A stretch of 64,000 bases of DNA from Candidatus Woesearchaeota archaeon (lineage in GTDB: Archaea; Nanobdellota; Nanobdellia; Woesearchaeales; JAGVYF01). The stretch lies in the NCBI GenBank assembly GCA_018303425.1, contig JAGVYF010000003.1:5150-69149 (forward strand), in the 5' to 3' direction. The notes beneath the pieces were generated by a model. That model was not told the origin of the DNA. It searched no databases and saw only the letters and a program-made list of their open reading frames with translations. The translations under genes were made by a program, and so were the position numbers. Shown piece after piece: positions 1 to 10,702 of this stretch (the first letter of the stretch is position 1; every line of letters starts with the position of its first letter).

Positions 1-1389
1 AGGCTCAAAAGTCCTATTCGCCAAACGTTTGTACCTACGAAATAAATCCAAGATTAAGTTAACAATTTTATCTTTTATATCCTTAATCTGCACAAGTATT
101 TGACTAAAAATGCTTACAACAAAACCGCCGCTTTCTTTTAAGATAATAATAACCTTGTTGGAAATCAGATTTGACCATATAAAGATACTTCTAAAAAGCT
201 CCGATATTCTTGAAAAAACCGCAAATCCTCCAAGAGCTTTGCAAGTTTGAACTTCAGGAATATTAATTTTAGGAATTAACTTTTTAACATTAATTTTAAT
301 ATCTTTAACGTTGTACTTGAAATCCTCTTTTTTATTTTCAACAGTCTTAACAGTATTCCTCTTTAACCTAAACATATCTCTTCTAATATATTTATAAGCT
401 CCTCTAATGACTTTAACTAATAAAAATGACAAAAACCCAAATAACACTTTAAAATCTAAAATGGATTGTTGAATTGCGGGTCTAACAATTAAATAAATTA
501 ATTCTGAAATTGAAAATACCTTATCCATTAAAGGTTTAACCCATAACTTGCAAAATCTTAAAATAATTTCAATAAACCGGATAAACTTATCAAATATTTT
601 GTTAATCTCTGGTTCAGAATTTATTACAGAATTTCGGCTTATTATTAATAAAAAAGATAAAACCAAAAATACAATAAAAAACGATAATGGTCCGTCACGT
701 AAATTATTATAACTCCTATTTGTTAAAATATCGACAACTGACATTGGCGCAACATTCTCTTTAGAAACATTAACATTTAATTCTCTGAAAAATTCAATAA
801 ATTTTGAATTAAAGTTCTCAATCAGATTTTCCCCGGCTAACAATAGAATATTATCAGATTTTAATTCAGGGATACTGCCATTCACCCCGCGTACCCAATC
901 TTTGACAGGTTTATCTATTAAAATAGCATCAATAACTAAATTTCTATCAGCAGATAACTTATTCTGGGTATTAATAAGCGCAATTTTTAATTTATGTACC
1001 CCCAGTCCTAAATCTGTACCAATGTCTCTTTTTATCAAAACTTCATCTTTAGAATACAAGTCATATACAGTTACATTATTATCAAGATAAACCCGAATAA
1101 CTCCTGCGCTTGGTCCTACTTTTAATGCTAATGAAATCACATGTCCTTCAAATTCTACTGATAAGCTAGACCCGGGCTGGTTTGAATAAAGGGCCGACCC
1201 ATCTAGATAATTACCATAAACAGTTGTCCATAACCCTTCCTTGGCGAAATCTAATTCATTTATATCTTTTATAGCAAAATTTGTAATTGTTGCTTGATAA
1301 TACGGGGAATACAGGAACAGAATAGCCAACATAGTAAAAACTAACACAAAGCTAACTTTCATAATCCGCTTATTCGTTTCACTAACCAT
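1..1389 (-). CDS. Membrane protein, N-terminal part of an ORF that runs off the window start (>=460 aa)
   Basis: Minus-strand translation from the ATG at 1389 is open to position 1 with no stop. The N-terminus has a hydrophobic signal/TM segment (MKVSFVLVFTMLAILFL) and a later TM cluster. The ATG overlaps the stop of the upstream gene (ATGGTTAG), which suggests translational coupling. The 902..1090 plus-strand ORF is probably spurious antisense. Confidence 0.45.
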   Translation of the reverse strand, partial: MVSETNKRIMKVSFVLVFTMLAILFLYSPYYQATITNFAIKDINELDFAKEGLWTTVYGNYLDGSALYSNQPGSSLSVEFEGHVISLALKVGPSAGVIRVYLDNNVTVYDLYSKDEVLIKRDIGTDLGLGVHKLKIALINTQNKLSADRNLVIDAILIDKPVKDWVRGVNGSIPELKSDNILLLAGENLIENFNSKFIEFFRELNVNVSKENVAPMSVVDILTNRSYNNLRDGPLSFFIVFLVLSFLLIISRNSVINSEPEINKIFDKFIRFIEIILRFCKLWVKPLMDKVFSISELIYLIVRPAIQQSILDFKVLFGFLSFLLVKVIRGAYKYIRRDMFRLKRNTVKTVENKKEDFKYNVKDIKINVKKLIPKINIPEVQTCKALGGFAVFSRISELFRSIFIWSNLISNKVIIILKESGGFVVSIFSQILVQIKDIKDKIVNLILDLFRRYKRLANRTFEP

Positions 1390-1987
1390 TCTTCTGTAAA
1401 CTCCTCCTATAAATTGTAGAAATTGTAGTTTCGCCCCTGTTTAATTTTTCAGCAATATTTCGATTTGAAAAACCTAAAGATTTTAAATAAAGAACAAGTG
1501 GCCCCAATAGTGAGTCTTTACCTTTAAAAATTAATAAAGGCACATTCAACTCGCTTTTAGTTATAGTAAAAACTTCAGCTTTTCTTTGTTTAGCTTTTTC
1601 ATATGCTAACCAAATACTGCGGTTATCTTTAATTAATAAATCTGAAATCTTCTTATTTGTATTATTTTTATTTTCTCTAAGATATTTTACAAGAGACTGC
1701 AACAAACTTAGCTTTCTCTCAGCAAATATCTCAATAGGCACCAAAATCTCATTTGACATCAAAAGTTTGGCTAAATCGTCAGAACTAATATTAAACTGAT
1801 TCTTAATAATCTCTAAAACTTCGATTAAAACACTTTCTTTCTCATTCTTAATCGTTTCAACAATTTTAAGAACCGCTTTGTTTTTAGCAAATTCAACGGC
1901 AGAAACAGTTTCGTTTTTTTGAGTCTTCAAATTACCTAAAAATTGTAGAATTAATTCTTTTTGTTGAATTTGAGGACTATTTACCAA
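1382..1987 (-). CDS. Putative transcriptional regulator with C-terminal LuxR/GerE-type HTH
   Basis: The C-terminus LKSLGFSNRNIAEKLNRGETTISTIYRRSLQK resembles a LuxR/GerE helix-turn-helix. The ORF is 201 aa. Confidence 0.4.
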   Translation of the reverse strand: MVNSPQIQQKELILQFLGNLKTQKNETVSAVEFAKNKAVLKIVETIKNEKESVLIEVLEIIKNQFNISSDDLAKLLMSNEILVPIEIFAERKLSLLQSLVKYLRENKNNTNKKISDLLIKDNRSIWLAYEKAKQRKAEVFTITKSELNVPLLIFKGKDSLLGPLVLYLKSLGFSNRNIAEKLNRGETTISTIYRRSLQKNG

Positions 1988-2316
1988 AAATTAATCTATT
2001 AAAGTAGTATTAATATATAAAAGTTGCTACTTTAAACTAATTTGGTAGATAAATAATCTATCAAGGTAGTATTAAATATAAGAAACGAGCATTAATCAAT
2101 CAAGACCAGACGCCACCAATGGAGCACATTGGTAGAAAATGTGATATTATGAACCGCCCGCAAGAAGTGAAGCTCCTGCGCACAGAACTTTCAGTTCTTA
2201 TAGAACCAAAGCTAACTTTTGATAAACAAACTTTCTAATTACAAAAGAAATAAAATTTAATATAAAAATGCGAAAATAAAACAGGCCATTGACAAAACTA
2301 TTTCAATGACACATTT

Positions 2317-2721
2317 TTATCTAATGGTAAAAATATTTTTGAGCTTTTTTGGAATACCCTGCAATACCAACAAAGCTAATGGAGCCGCCCAATTTGCCGT
2401 ACGTTCTACAAAATCCCAAATTGGATCTCCGGCGATTGGACGTGACAATGCTGTAGCAAACGCCCACAATACTGCATAGATTAGCACAAGCCTAATCGGC
2501 CAAATAAGCGCCAAAATGGCTACAACTATATCCATTGTTCCAATTATAGGTAGCATTACCCTGGCTGATGATTCAGAAAAACCAAATGCCGTAATAAGTG
2601 GTATCCACCCTTGCTTTATACCTAGCGCAAAAATTCCGTGTCCCAAAAAAGAACCAAATACCCCTATTCGTAAAATCCATTCCGCTATTTTTTGTTGTGA
2701 ATTCATAATACTAAATGTCAA
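2317..2721 (-). CDS. Small integral membrane protein, 4 predicted TM (DoxX-like?)
   Basis: Hydrophobic helices run throughout the 134-aa ORF. The antisense ORF 2516..2725 is rejected. Confidence 0.4.
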   Translation of the reverse strand: MTFSIMNSQQKIAEWILRIGVFGSFLGHGIFALGIKQGWIPLITAFGFSESSARVMLPIIGTMDIVVAILALIWPIRLVLIYAVLWAFATALSRPIAGDPIWDFVERTANWAAPLALLVLQGIPKKLKNIFTIR

Positions 2722-2853
2722 TTAGTGATTCTTTATATATTTTACTGAATTAACATCCAAACCCATTTCACTGAATTTAAGTATCCATATTAATAGACCA
2801 AAGGAAAAACACAATCTATTCAAAAGAGATAAATAAGAAAAAGGTAACAAAAT

Positions 2854-3288
2854 CTAAACTGGAGCCTTTTCCACAGTTTCTACTTTAGGCAGAGGTATAG
2901 GAGAAGGCAGATTTAAATCTCTACTTAGAATAATTGACTGAATATTGCACTTTGCAAGAGCAGTATTTAATACTTGTAAAGTCATTTCTTTTTCAAGATT
3001 TTTATTCTTTTTCCAACCATCTAAAGCTTTTTTAACTTTAACAGCATCTTCCAAGATTAATACTTCCCCCACTAAATCTATATGGGCTAATACATCCTTT
3101 AAATCACTTGCATAATTAACACCATAATCAAAAGTAACTCTTAAACCTGATTGCTTTTCTGTACCTAACTGTAAATCCTTAGATTCAACTTCTTTGATAA
3201 CAATGTTGTTATTTATACTGACTTTACCTTGTAACGCTTTATTTTTTTCAACTACAATTTTATTAAAATTAAATCCTACAACTGTCAT
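2854..3288 (-). CDS. Hypothetical protein
   Basis: A 144-aa ORF with coding-like composition and no recognisable motif. Confidence 0.35.
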   Translation of the reverse strand: MTVVGFNFNKIVVEKNKALQGKVSINNNIVIKEVESKDLQLGTEKQSGLRVTFDYGVNYASDLKDVLAHIDLVGEVLILEDAVKVKKALDGWKKNKNLEKEMTLQVLNTALAKCNIQSIILSRDLNLPSPIPLPKVETVEKAPV

Positions 3289-3381
3289 ATTAAAACCTCC
3301 CTAAACTTTAATCTAAAAAAGCATAATCTAGTATTTAAAGATTTAGATTATATTATAATTGTTATCTAACAAAATATATAA

Positions 3382-3873
3382 ATGCTGAATGCATTAAATA
3401 TATTAATGCTTGAGATATATTTTATTTTAGGACTTTTATCATTTGCGGGCATAATCCTGGGTCTGATATTAGGAATGATTGCTCCAGAAGAATTAAAACC
3501 TGGAGCTCCATGGTTTATCAAATTAAAAAATACAATATTTACATTATTAATATTAATATTATTATATTACAACATTTATAATCTTATAATAATACCATTA
3601 ATTATTTTCTTAATATTATACTGGTACCGAGGAACTTTAGGCGAAGAATCATATATGCTTGAGTATAGTATGATGGGTTCGCTATTTGGAATGGGATATT
3701 ATACCCCCGCCATACCTGAAATAATTGGATTGATTTTTATATATAAAATTACATCAGGAAGTTTGTTAATATACAAAAATAATAATTTCAATTTTTTAAT
3801 AAAATCAATTTGCTTAAGATTAATATTCTATATTTTGGGATTATTATTACCACTTATGTTTGCGAATGTGTAA
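3382..3873 (+). CDS. Hypothetical polytopic membrane protein
   Basis: 163 aa, very hydrophobic and Ile/Leu-rich. It overlaps the 3' end of carS on the opposite strand by about 27 nt. Confidence 0.3.
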   Translation: MLNALNILMLEIYFILGLLSFAGIILGLILGMIAPEELKPGAPWFIKLKNTIFTLLILILLYYNIYNLIIIPLIIFLILYWYRGTLGEESYMLEYSMMGSLFGMGYYTPAIPEIIGLIFIYKITSGSLLIYKNNNFNFLIKSICLRLIFYILGLLLPLMFANV

Positions 3874-4371
3874 AACAAATCCAACATAGCTTAATAAAAG
3901 TTTAAGAAAATAAGTAAAAACTACCATTAAAACAATCTGCAAATATGTAAATTTAATTATAAGGCTTGAAAATAAAATGGCTCCTAATACCGCATCAATT
4001 TGATCTGCAATAAAAAAATTATGCCCGGGAATAATATTTATTCTCCTCTTAATGAACGATTTAAATAAATCCCCAAACATGGCCCCAGTTGCAAGAAAAA
4101 GACCTAATAACACGCTATAATCCTGATATATGATAATACTGTTGATATTAATAACCTTCTGAAAATAAAACATTATAGTGCCAAATAGAATTGCAACCAA
4201 TATCCCCCTAAATGTTTTATGTGCCCCAAATAAAGAATTGCCCTCCAATTTTATCCCTAAGTCCAAAGGAAATTCTAAAGATTTCAATTTATTCCTAAAT
4301 AATAATGGCATAATATCTGCTATATAAACAGGAAATAAAAAATAAATCAATTTCAGACTTTCAGCTAACAT
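3847..4371 (-). CDS. carS: CDP-archaeol synthase (CDP-2,3-di-O-geranylgeranyl-sn-glycerol synthase)
   Basis: 174 aa with 5 TM. The motif GNSLFGAHKTFRGILVAILFG matches the CarS/DUF46 G-x-x-KT-x-EG signature. Confidence 0.6.
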   Translation of the reverse strand: MLAESLKLIYFLFPVYIADIMPLLFRNKLKSLEFPLDLGIKLEGNSLFGAHKTFRGILVAILFGTIMFYFQKVININSIIIYQDYSVLLGLFLATGAMFGDLFKSFIKRRINIIPGHNFFIADQIDAVLGAILFSSLIIKFTYLQIVLMVVFTYFLKLLLSYVGFVLHIRKHKW

Positions 4372-4425
4372 AGATTATTAAAAATATATTGCTTTAATAA
4401 ATCTTATCCTATATCTAGCGAAACG

Positions 4426-4434
4426 TTTATAAAT
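4426..4434 (+). promoter_or_regulatory. TATA box (TTTATAAAT) about 26 nt upstream of the tRNA-Asn 5' end
   Basis: Archaeal TATA consensus at the expected distance from the tRNA start. Confidence 0.3.
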
Positions 4435-4458
4435 GAAGCTCGGATTTCATAATTCAAT

Positions 4459-4604
4459 GTCTCCGTAGCTTAGCGGTGGAGCGTGCGGCTGTTAAATTGG
4501 CGATAAGATTAACTAAAACGTCAATTAAAGAAACCGCAAGGTCCCCAGTTCGAATATTGGCGCCAGATATTTTAGACGCCTGTGAGAAAGTCTGGGCGGA
4601 GACG
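4459..4604 (+). tRNA. tRNA-Asn (GTT) with two introns: 38 nt at canonical 37/38 and ~36 nt in the T-loop (59/60 region)
   Basis: Acceptor GTCTCCG/CGGAGAC. D-stem GCT/AGC. Anticodon stem TGCGG/CCGCA with loop CTGTTA[intron]A. T-stem CCCAG/CTGGG with loop TTCGAAT followed by a 36-nt insert. Discriminator G. CCA is not encoded. Confidence 0.6.
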
Positions 4605-4670
4605 TCAAAAATCTAAGATTTTTGATCGTGCACAGGATTTAAAATCCTGACACGTTTTTTATTTTCACAT

Positions 4671-4801
4671 GAGCTTGTAGCTTAGCCTGGTGGAGCGCAC
4701 GACTGATAACATTTTGTCAGAGATCGTGAGGTCCGGAGTTCAAATATTAACGCCTGAGGCAAAATGCTTCGAACGTCAGTGAGAAAATCTCCGCAAGCTC
4801 A
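4671..4801 (+). tRNA. tRNA-Ile (GAT) with two introns: 14 nt at 37/38 and ~43 nt in the T-loop
   Basis: Acceptor GAGCTTG/CAAGCTC. Anticodon stem CACGA/TCGTG with loop CTGATA[intron]A. T-stem CGGAG/CTCCG with loop TTCAAAT followed by a 43-nt insert. An oligo-T run follows the gene. Confidence 0.6.
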
Positions 4802-4853
4802 TTTTTTAAAATGATACACAAACTTTATAACAAATTACCCAAAAACTATTCTT

Positions 4854-6395
4854 ATGTCTATAAATATTCCTGAATTATGCAAAGATGCCTATATCAATAT
4901 TGCTTTAGACACTATTAGGCTAGGTAAACAAGCGCTAATTTTTACTAATTCAAAACCTGGCGCAGAAAAAAGCGCAGAAGAAATATCTAAAAAAAATAAA
5001 AATAACGAATTATCTGAACTTTCTGAACAAATCCTAAAAACACTGCCTAAACCGACTAAACAATGTGAAAGATTAGCTAAATGCGTTAAACATGGCATTG
5101 CGTTCCACCATTCAGGTTTGCACCCCAAACAAAAAGAAATAATTGAAAATGCTTTTCGGGACGGCACTATCAAAATTATCGCGTGTACACCTACACTTGC
5201 TGCCGGACTTGATATGCCTGCGTTTAGAACAATATTAAGAGAAGTCAAACGCTACACTAATACTGGCTATAACTGGATTCAAACCCTGGAATATTACCAA
5301 ATGGCTGGAAGAGCCGGACGTCCGGGTAAAGAAGATTATGGTGAAAGTATATTGATTGCCAATGACAAAAAACATTCGGAAGAATTACTTAACAGGTTCA
5401 TTTATGGTTCACCTGAAGACATTTTTTCAAAATTAGCCGTTGAACCTGTATTAAGAACATACATCCTTTCATTAATATCAAGTGGCTTTGTAAATTCAAA
5501 AAAAGAAATTATTGATTTCTTTTCTAAAACATTCTGGGCTTTTCAGTTTAGAGATTTGGATAAATTAATTTTCATAATCGAAAAAATGTTGCGCCTATTA
5601 ATAGATTTTAAATTCATCGAAACTTCAAATACAAATAATTTTTCAAGCATTGATGAGATAAACACAAAATTATACATGGCAACAGCCCTAGGTAAAAGAG
5701 TTGCAGAACTTTACATTGACCCATTAACAGCTAACCATATCCTTAATTGTTTAAGCCGGAACGATAACCCCTCTCCGCTGGGGTTACTACAAATGACATC
5801 GCACACTCTGGAGATGATGCCTTTATTAAAAGTAAAAATGAAAGAATTTGACAGCTACCAAAATGAAATAATTAGATACACTGAAGAATTGCTTGAACCA
5901 GAGCCAACAATCTATGATTATGAATACGACGAATTCCTTAATTCATTAAAAACAGCGCTATTCTTTAATGACTGGATTGAAGAAAATTATGAAGATTATC
6001 TTTTAGAAAAATATAATATTACTCCCGGGGCAGTGCACACAAAATTAACTATACTTGACTGGCTGCTTTATACCTCCGCCGAAATAGCAAACATTGCAAA
6101 TTTAAAATCAAGTATTAAGCACATCAACAAAGTTAGATTTAGGATAAAACATGGAATTAAAGAAGAATTAATTCCTCTTTGCAGATTAAATAATATCAGC
6201 AAGATAAGGGCACGTAAACTTTACAACAACGGAATCAAAGATTTAGGCGATATTAAGAAAGCTAACTTCCAAACATTAATCCAAATTTTGGGAGAAAAAA
6301 TTGCATTAAATATTAAAAGCCAAGTTGGACAAAAAATCGAACCTGAAGTAAAACCAACAAAACGTATTGGGCAGATGGGTTTAACCAAATACTGA
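4854..6395 (+). CDS. Hel308/Ski2-like DNA helicase, C-terminal half only (RecA2, winged helix, ratchet and HhH domains); the N-terminal DEAD/RecA1 domain is absent
   Basis: Motifs IV-VI are present: [51 protein letters not shown]. There is an in-frame stop at 4812 and the tRNA genes lie immediately upstream, so no Walker A/B domain can be encoded here. Confidence 0.65.
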   Translation: MSINIPELCKDAYINIALDTIRLGKQALIFTNSKPGAEKSAEEISKKNKNNELSELSEQILKTLPKPTKQCERLAKCVKHGIAFHHSGLHPKQKEIIENAFRDGTIKIIACTPTLAAGLDMPAFRTILREVKRYTNTGYNWIQTLEYYQMAGRAGRPGKEDYGESILIANDKKHSEELLNRFIYGSPEDIFSKLAVEPVLRTYILSLISSGFVNSKKEIIDFFSKTFWAFQFRDLDKLIFIIEKMLRLLIDFKFIETSNTNNFSSIDEINTKLYMATALGKRVAELYIDPLTANHILNCLSRNDNPSPLGLLQMTSHTLEMMPLLKVKMKEFDSYQNEIIRYTEELLEPEPTIYDYEYDEFLNSLKTALFFNDWIEENYEDYLLEKYNITPGAVHTKLTILDWLLYTSAEIANIANLKSSIKHINKVRFRIKHGIKEELIPLCRLNNISKIRARKLYNNGIKDLGDIKKANFQTLIQILGEKIALNIKSQVGQKIEPEVKPTKRIGQMGLTKY

Positions 6396-7487
6396 TTCAA
6401 GAAAACCTTTTTTATTTTTAACTGTTTTATCAAATTCTTTCAACAAATCTTTCTGTTGTTTATTAAGTTTTGTAGGTATATCTATTACAATTTTAACATT
6501 CTGTGAACCTTTCCCATAGCCTTCTAAATTAGAAATTCCATATTCTTTCATTCTAAAAACAGTATTGCATTGAGTGCCTGCAGGGATAGTTAAGGAAGCA
6601 ACACCTTTCAAGGTTGGCACATCAACATTTGCGCCCATCACAGCCTGCGCATAACTAATAGGCAATTCTAAATAAATATCATCTCCCTCCCTCTTAAAAA
6701 TATCATGCTTTTGAACATTAATATATACATAAAGATCTCCTTTATTTCCTCCATTTATACCTGCTTCACCTTCGTTTTTAACTCTCAATCTCGAACCGTC
6801 ATGTATACCACCTGGAATTTCAATTTCAATCTCTCTTGTATTTCTTACTCTCCCATTTCCGCCGCAATTTGAACACGCTTTGCGAATAGTTTTACCATGC
6901 CCATTACAGTCATGGCAAGTAGATGATTGCGCAAATATTCCAAAAGGAGTTCTAACCTCGCTTTTAATTACACCTGAACCTTGACACAAACGGCAATTAA
7001 TAATATCCGAATCAGATTTAGCGCCAGTACCATGACAACTTTTACATGTTTCCATTCGGGGAATATTAATAGTTTTTTTCTTGCCAAACGCGGCATCTTC
7101 TAAATTGATAGTTATTTCAAATTCAATATCACTTCCCCTAACCGAAGAACTCTTCCTGCGCCTTTTTCCTCCAAATAATCCATCAAACATATCACCCAAA
7201 TCAAAATCAAACCCGAAATTTCCGCCTGAAAACCCTGAAAAATCAAACCCGCCCTGTCCTGAACTAAAATTAGTGTCAGCTGTGCCAAATTGATCATACT
7301 GCTGCCTTTTTTTATCATCACCCAATACAGATGCAGCTTCATTAATCTCTTTAAACTTTTCATCCGAATCACTCTCTTTATTCAAGTCTGGATGATATTG
7401 TTTAGCTAACTTTTTATAAGCCTTTTTAATCTCTTCTTTTGAAGCGTCTTTCCCTAACCCTAAAACTTTATAATAATCTTTGCCCAT
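6381..7487 (-). CDS. dnaJ: Chaperone DnaJ (Hsp40)
   Basis: J domain [31 protein letters not shown] Gly/Phe-rich linker follows. Four CxxCxGxG zinc-finger repeats are present. Confidence 0.9.
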   Translation of the reverse strand: MGKDYYKVLGLGKDASKEEIKKAYKKLAKQYHPDLNKESDSDEKFKEINEAASVLGDDKKRQQYDQFGTADTNFSSGQGGFDFSGFSGGNFGFDFDLGDMFDGLFGGKRRRKSSSVRGSDIEFEITINLEDAAFGKKKTINIPRMETCKSCHGTGAKSDSDIINCRLCQGSGVIKSEVRTPFGIFAQSSTCHDCNGHGKTIRKACSNCGGNGRVRNTREIEIEIPGGIHDGSRLRVKNEGEAGINGGNKGDLYVYINVQKHDIFKREGDDIYLELPISYAQAVMGANVDVPTLKGVASLTIPAGTQCNTVFRMKEYGISNLEGYGKGSQNVKIVIDIPTKLNKQQKDLLKEFDKTVKNKKGFLESVFG

Positions 7488-8247
7488 TTTTTACACCAAA
7501 TATTTCTAAAATTTCCGATTCACCAGAATAAAGAAGTTCAGTTTTTATATCTGATAAGCCTTGTTTCTCCATATTATAATCCATTTCTCGAGCATAAACA
7601 TCCGCAAACCCTGAACAATTTGCATGTGAAATTAATAGTTTTCCGCCCGGTCTTAATATTCTAATCATATTTTGAAATTTATTCCCCATGTTAAAATCAT
7701 TATATTCATAGTCCCGTTCAACACAAGCAGATTCATGTATCATGTTTGAAACTAGAACCATATCAAATGCCTTACTAAATGGCGCAGCTAATAAATCTCC
7801 TTGGACTATCCCAATATTTTTACATCCATATTTTTTAGCTCTTTTTTCCAATTCTGATAATGCTATTGCTTGAACATCTAAAGCAACAAAATAAGTTCCA
7901 GGATTATTTAATGCAAGATACACTGTTTTAAGTCCAGTTCCTGAACCAACATCTAATACTTTTTCACGCCCTTTAACGCTTTTATCCAGATAAGGAAGAA
8001 TAACTTTCACGTCGCTAGCGCGAAAACAATCAACATTGCCAAACAAATTGCATCCATAAATCAAATTATACATTTCTCTTTCTAAAGGCACTAAATCACC
8101 TGACCTTGAACAAATTAACTTTTCAATTTGTGTCAATCTTTGTTCTACTGCGTCACCCATGCCTTTTTTATTCAAATCAACTAACTCCTCTAATGAAATC
8201 TGTTTAATGCCTTCATTCCCAAAATAATCACTTAGCGATATCGTCAT
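7468..8247 (-). CDS. Class I SAM-dependent methyltransferase
   Basis: Motif [17 protein letters not shown]. The gene sits between dnaK and dnaJ. Confidence 0.55.
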   Translation of the reverse strand: MTISLSDYFGNEGIKQISLEELVDLNKKGMGDAVEQRLTQIEKLICSRSGDLVPLEREMYNLIYGCNLFGNVDCFRASDVKVILPYLDKSVKGREKVLDVGSGTGLKTVYLALNNPGTYFVALDVQAIALSELEKRAKKYGCKNIGIVQGDLLAAPFSKAFDMVLVSNMIHESACVERDYEYNDFNMGNKFQNMIRILRPGGKLLISHANCSGFADVYAREMDYNMEKQGLSDIKTELLYSGESEILEIFGVKNGQRLL

Positions 8248-8271
8248 AAAAATAAAAATTAAGTAAAGCTA

Positions 8272-10167
8272 TTAAGCTTTACCTTTTTTATCATTTTTAA
8301 CTTTGAAATCTGCATCAACAACTTTTTCGCCTTTCTTTTCACTAAAAGCTTTGCTTCTGCGCCCAGAACCCTGTTCTTGGGCTTTAGATTCAGATTTAGT
8401 TTCGGCATCTTTTTTAGCATGTTGTTCCTGAGCAACTTTTTCGTACATTTGAGTTGCAGCTTCTTGTAAAGGTTTTTGGACTTCTTCAAGTTTTTTCTTA
8501 ATAGCCTCCACATTCTTTTCTTTGGCTTCCATTAACTTCTTTAGTTCCACAATGCCTTTCTTAGCTTCATCAAGTTTAGCTTGGTCAGCCTTCCCTTCCA
8601 TGTCTTTCAAAGTTTTTTCTGATGTGTAAATTAAAGCGTCAGCCTGATTAACAACTTCAACTTCTTCTCTTCTTCTAACATCGGTTTCAATGTTAGCTTC
8701 AGCTTCTTTTCTCATCTTCTCAATTTCTTCCTTTGAAAGATTTGAAGATGCAGTAATTGTAATGTTTTGTTGTTTACCGGTTCCAAGATCTTTTGCAGAT
8801 ACATTTACGATGCCATTTGCATCAATATCAAAGGTAACTTCAATCTGTGGTATCCCTCTTGGTGCTGGAGCAATTCCAACTAACTCAAATCTGCCTAATG
8901 TTTTATTATCAGCTGACATTGCCCTGTCTCCCTGCAATACATGAATACTTACAGCGGGTTGATTATCTGCGGCAGTTGAAAATACCTGTGACTTCTTTGA
9001 TGGAATTGTAGTGTTTCTTTCAATTAACTTTGTAAAAACACCCCCCAAAGTCTCAATTCCCAAATCAAGAGGTGTAACATCAAGTAATAAAACATCTTTA
9101 ACATCTCCCCCTAAAATACCCGCTTGAATAGCTGCGCCTACTGCAACAGCTTCATCGGGATTAACAGATTTATCTCCTTCCTTGCCGGTTATCTCTTTTA
9201 CAATAATTTGTACTGCGGGAATTCTTGTTGAACCTCCAACTAATAATACCTTATAGCCATCACTTGATTCTAAACCAGCATCTTTCAATGCTTTTTCTGT
9301 TGGAGCTTTTAATTTTTCAAGAATTTCTGAGATTAAATCTTCAAATTTAGCCCTGCTCAATTCAGTATTAAGATGCTTAGGACCAGACTGATCAGCTGTA
9401 ATAAAAGGCAAACTAATTGAAGCATTGACTTTTGTGCTTAATTCAATCTTAGCTTTTTCAGCAGCTTCCTTTAATCTTTGCAATGCTACTTTGTCTTCTC
9501 TTAAATCTACGCCATGAGACTTTTTAAATTCCGTTGCTAACCAGTCAATCAAAGCATCATCAATATCATCACCACCTAAATGGTTATTGCCTGAAGTTGC
9601 CTTAACTTCAAAAACACCTTCGCTTATTTCCAAAACAGATACATCAAATGTACCCCCACCAAAATCAAATACTAAAATAGTCTGATCCTGAGTTTTATCT
9701 AAACCATAAGCCAGCGCAGCAGCGGTTGGCTCATTAACAATTCTTTTAACATTCAAACCCGCAATTGCACCTGCGTCTTTTGTAGCTTGTCTTTGCGCAT
9801 CATTAAAATATGCCGGTACAGTAATAACTGCGTCAGTAATTTTAGTTCCTAAATAAGCTTCAGCATCTGTTTTTAATTTTTGTAAAATCATAGCTGAAAT
9901 CTCTTGGGGAGTGTACTCCTTACCCTCAATAATTACTTTGTGATTAGTGCCCATGTATCTCTTAATGCTCCTGACGGTGTTTTCAGGATGAACGATTGCC
10001 TGATTCCTTGCTACTTGACCAACAACTCTTTCACCGTTTTTAATACTAACAACACTAGGTGTAGTCCTAGCACCTTCTGCATTAGCAATAATTGTAGGTT
10101 TTCCGCCTTCCATTACAGCAACAGCTGAAAATGTAGTTCCTAAATCAATTCCTATTGTTTTTGCCAT
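8272..10167 (-). CDS. dnaK: Chaperone DnaK (Hsp70)
   Basis: [24 protein letters not shown] and other Hsp70 signatures. The start is placed at [10 protein letters not shown] (ATG 10167) rather than the longer ORF start at 10239. Confidence 0.95.
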   Translation of the reverse strand: MAKTIGIDLGTTFSAVAVMEGGKPTIIANAEGARTTPSVVSIKNGERVVGQVARNQAIVHPENTVRSIKRYMGTNHKVIIEGKEYTPQEISAMILQKLKTDAEAYLGTKITDAVITVPAYFNDAQRQATKDAGAIAGLNVKRIVNEPTAAALAYGLDKTQDQTILVFDFGGGTFDVSVLEISEGVFEVKATSGNNHLGGDDIDDALIDWLATEFKKSHGVDLREDKVALQRLKEAAEKAKIELSTKVNASISLPFITADQSGPKHLNTELSRAKFEDLISEILEKLKAPTEKALKDAGLESSDGYKVLLVGGSTRIPAVQIIVKEITGKEGDKSVNPDEAVAVGAAIQAGILGGDVKDVLLLDVTPLDLGIETLGGVFTKLIERNTTIPSKKSQVFSTAADNQPAVSIHVLQGDRAMSADNKTLGRFELVGIAPAPRGIPQIEVTFDIDANGIVNVSAKDLGTGKQQNITITASSNLSKEEIEKMRKEAEANIETDVRRREEVEVVNQADALIYTSEKTLKDMEGKADQAKLDEAKKGIVELKKLMEAKEKNVEAIKKKLEEVQKPLQEAATQMYEKVAQEQHAKKDAETKSESKAQEQGSGRRSKAFSEKKGEKVVDADFKVKNDKKGKA

Positions 10168-10302
10168 TTTTTTCTTGCCTCCATGTGAGTTTATTATCTT
10201 AAATTCAGAATCACTAAAATACAAAAACTTCGAACACAAGTTCAGAGGTTTTTGTCATTTTAATTTCTTCCTTATGAATTCTTATCTTCTCATTGTAATT
10301 AA

Positions 10303-10692
10303 TTAACCGAGATACCTAGGAAATTCTCCAGTTTTACCCTCATTCCCTGAATTCTCACTCTTTAATTTTGGTTTTTCCTTTCGAGTCTCCTTTTCCATTT
10401 GTTTTATTGCTTTGGATTTCTCAATTTTACCAAACCTTTTTTCATATTTTTGGACCATGCCTGCCAATACTTCAGCTACTTGTTTTGCATGATAAGGTTC
10501 AAGCATTACGATATTATGTTTTAACTGCATAACTCTTGACCCATCATTTGTTCTAGGATCTATTCTTGGCGTTACACATCTAAAGTCAAATATGAATTGT
10601 GATGGATTAAAATTAATTGACATATCATGGCTAAAAAATGGTTCACCTTCTACAATTGAAAATTTAATTTGTTGTTCTTTTTGTTCTGTCAT
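10303..10692 (-). CDS. Hypothetical protein (DUF3467-like), in the dnaK operon
   Basis: 129 aa with a lysine-rich C-terminus. It lies between grpE and dnaK. Confidence 0.35.
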   Translation of the reverse strand: MTEQKEQQIKFSIVEGEPFFSHDMSINFNPSQFIFDFRCVTPRIDPRTNDGSRVMQLKHNIVMLEPYHAKQVAEVLAGMVQKYEKRFGKIEKSKAIKQMEKETRKEKPKLKSENSGNEGKTGEFPRYLG

Positions 10693-10702
10693 ATTTTTAC
10701 CT

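Noticed and set aside
902-1090. 62-aa plus-strand ORF
   Set aside because: It lies antisense inside a continuous minus-strand reading frame that is open from 1389 to the window edge. Its composition is typical of spurious antisense ORFs in AT-rich DNA.
2100-2200. Possible box C/D or other sRNA in the 2.0-2.3 kb spacer (GTGATATT ... CTGA-like strings)
   Set aside because: Motifs do not match C/D consensus and spacing. The segment is better explained as a half copy of repeat family A plus promoter DNA.
4889-5248. Antisense ORFs inside long conserved genes (also 7112..7372, 16358..16645, 22807..23196, 44575..45126, 56237..56620, 60946..61440 and similar)
   Set aside because: Each lies opposite a confidently identified gene (helicase, dnaJ, glcF-like, fen, gyrA, ileS, leuS). 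They have low-complexity or Ser/Leu-rich translations and no start context.
8259-8513. 84-aa minus-strand ORF overlapping the dnaK C-terminus in another frame
   Set aside because: It lies wholly inside dnaK. It is a lysine-rich read-through of the AAA/GAA-rich tail.
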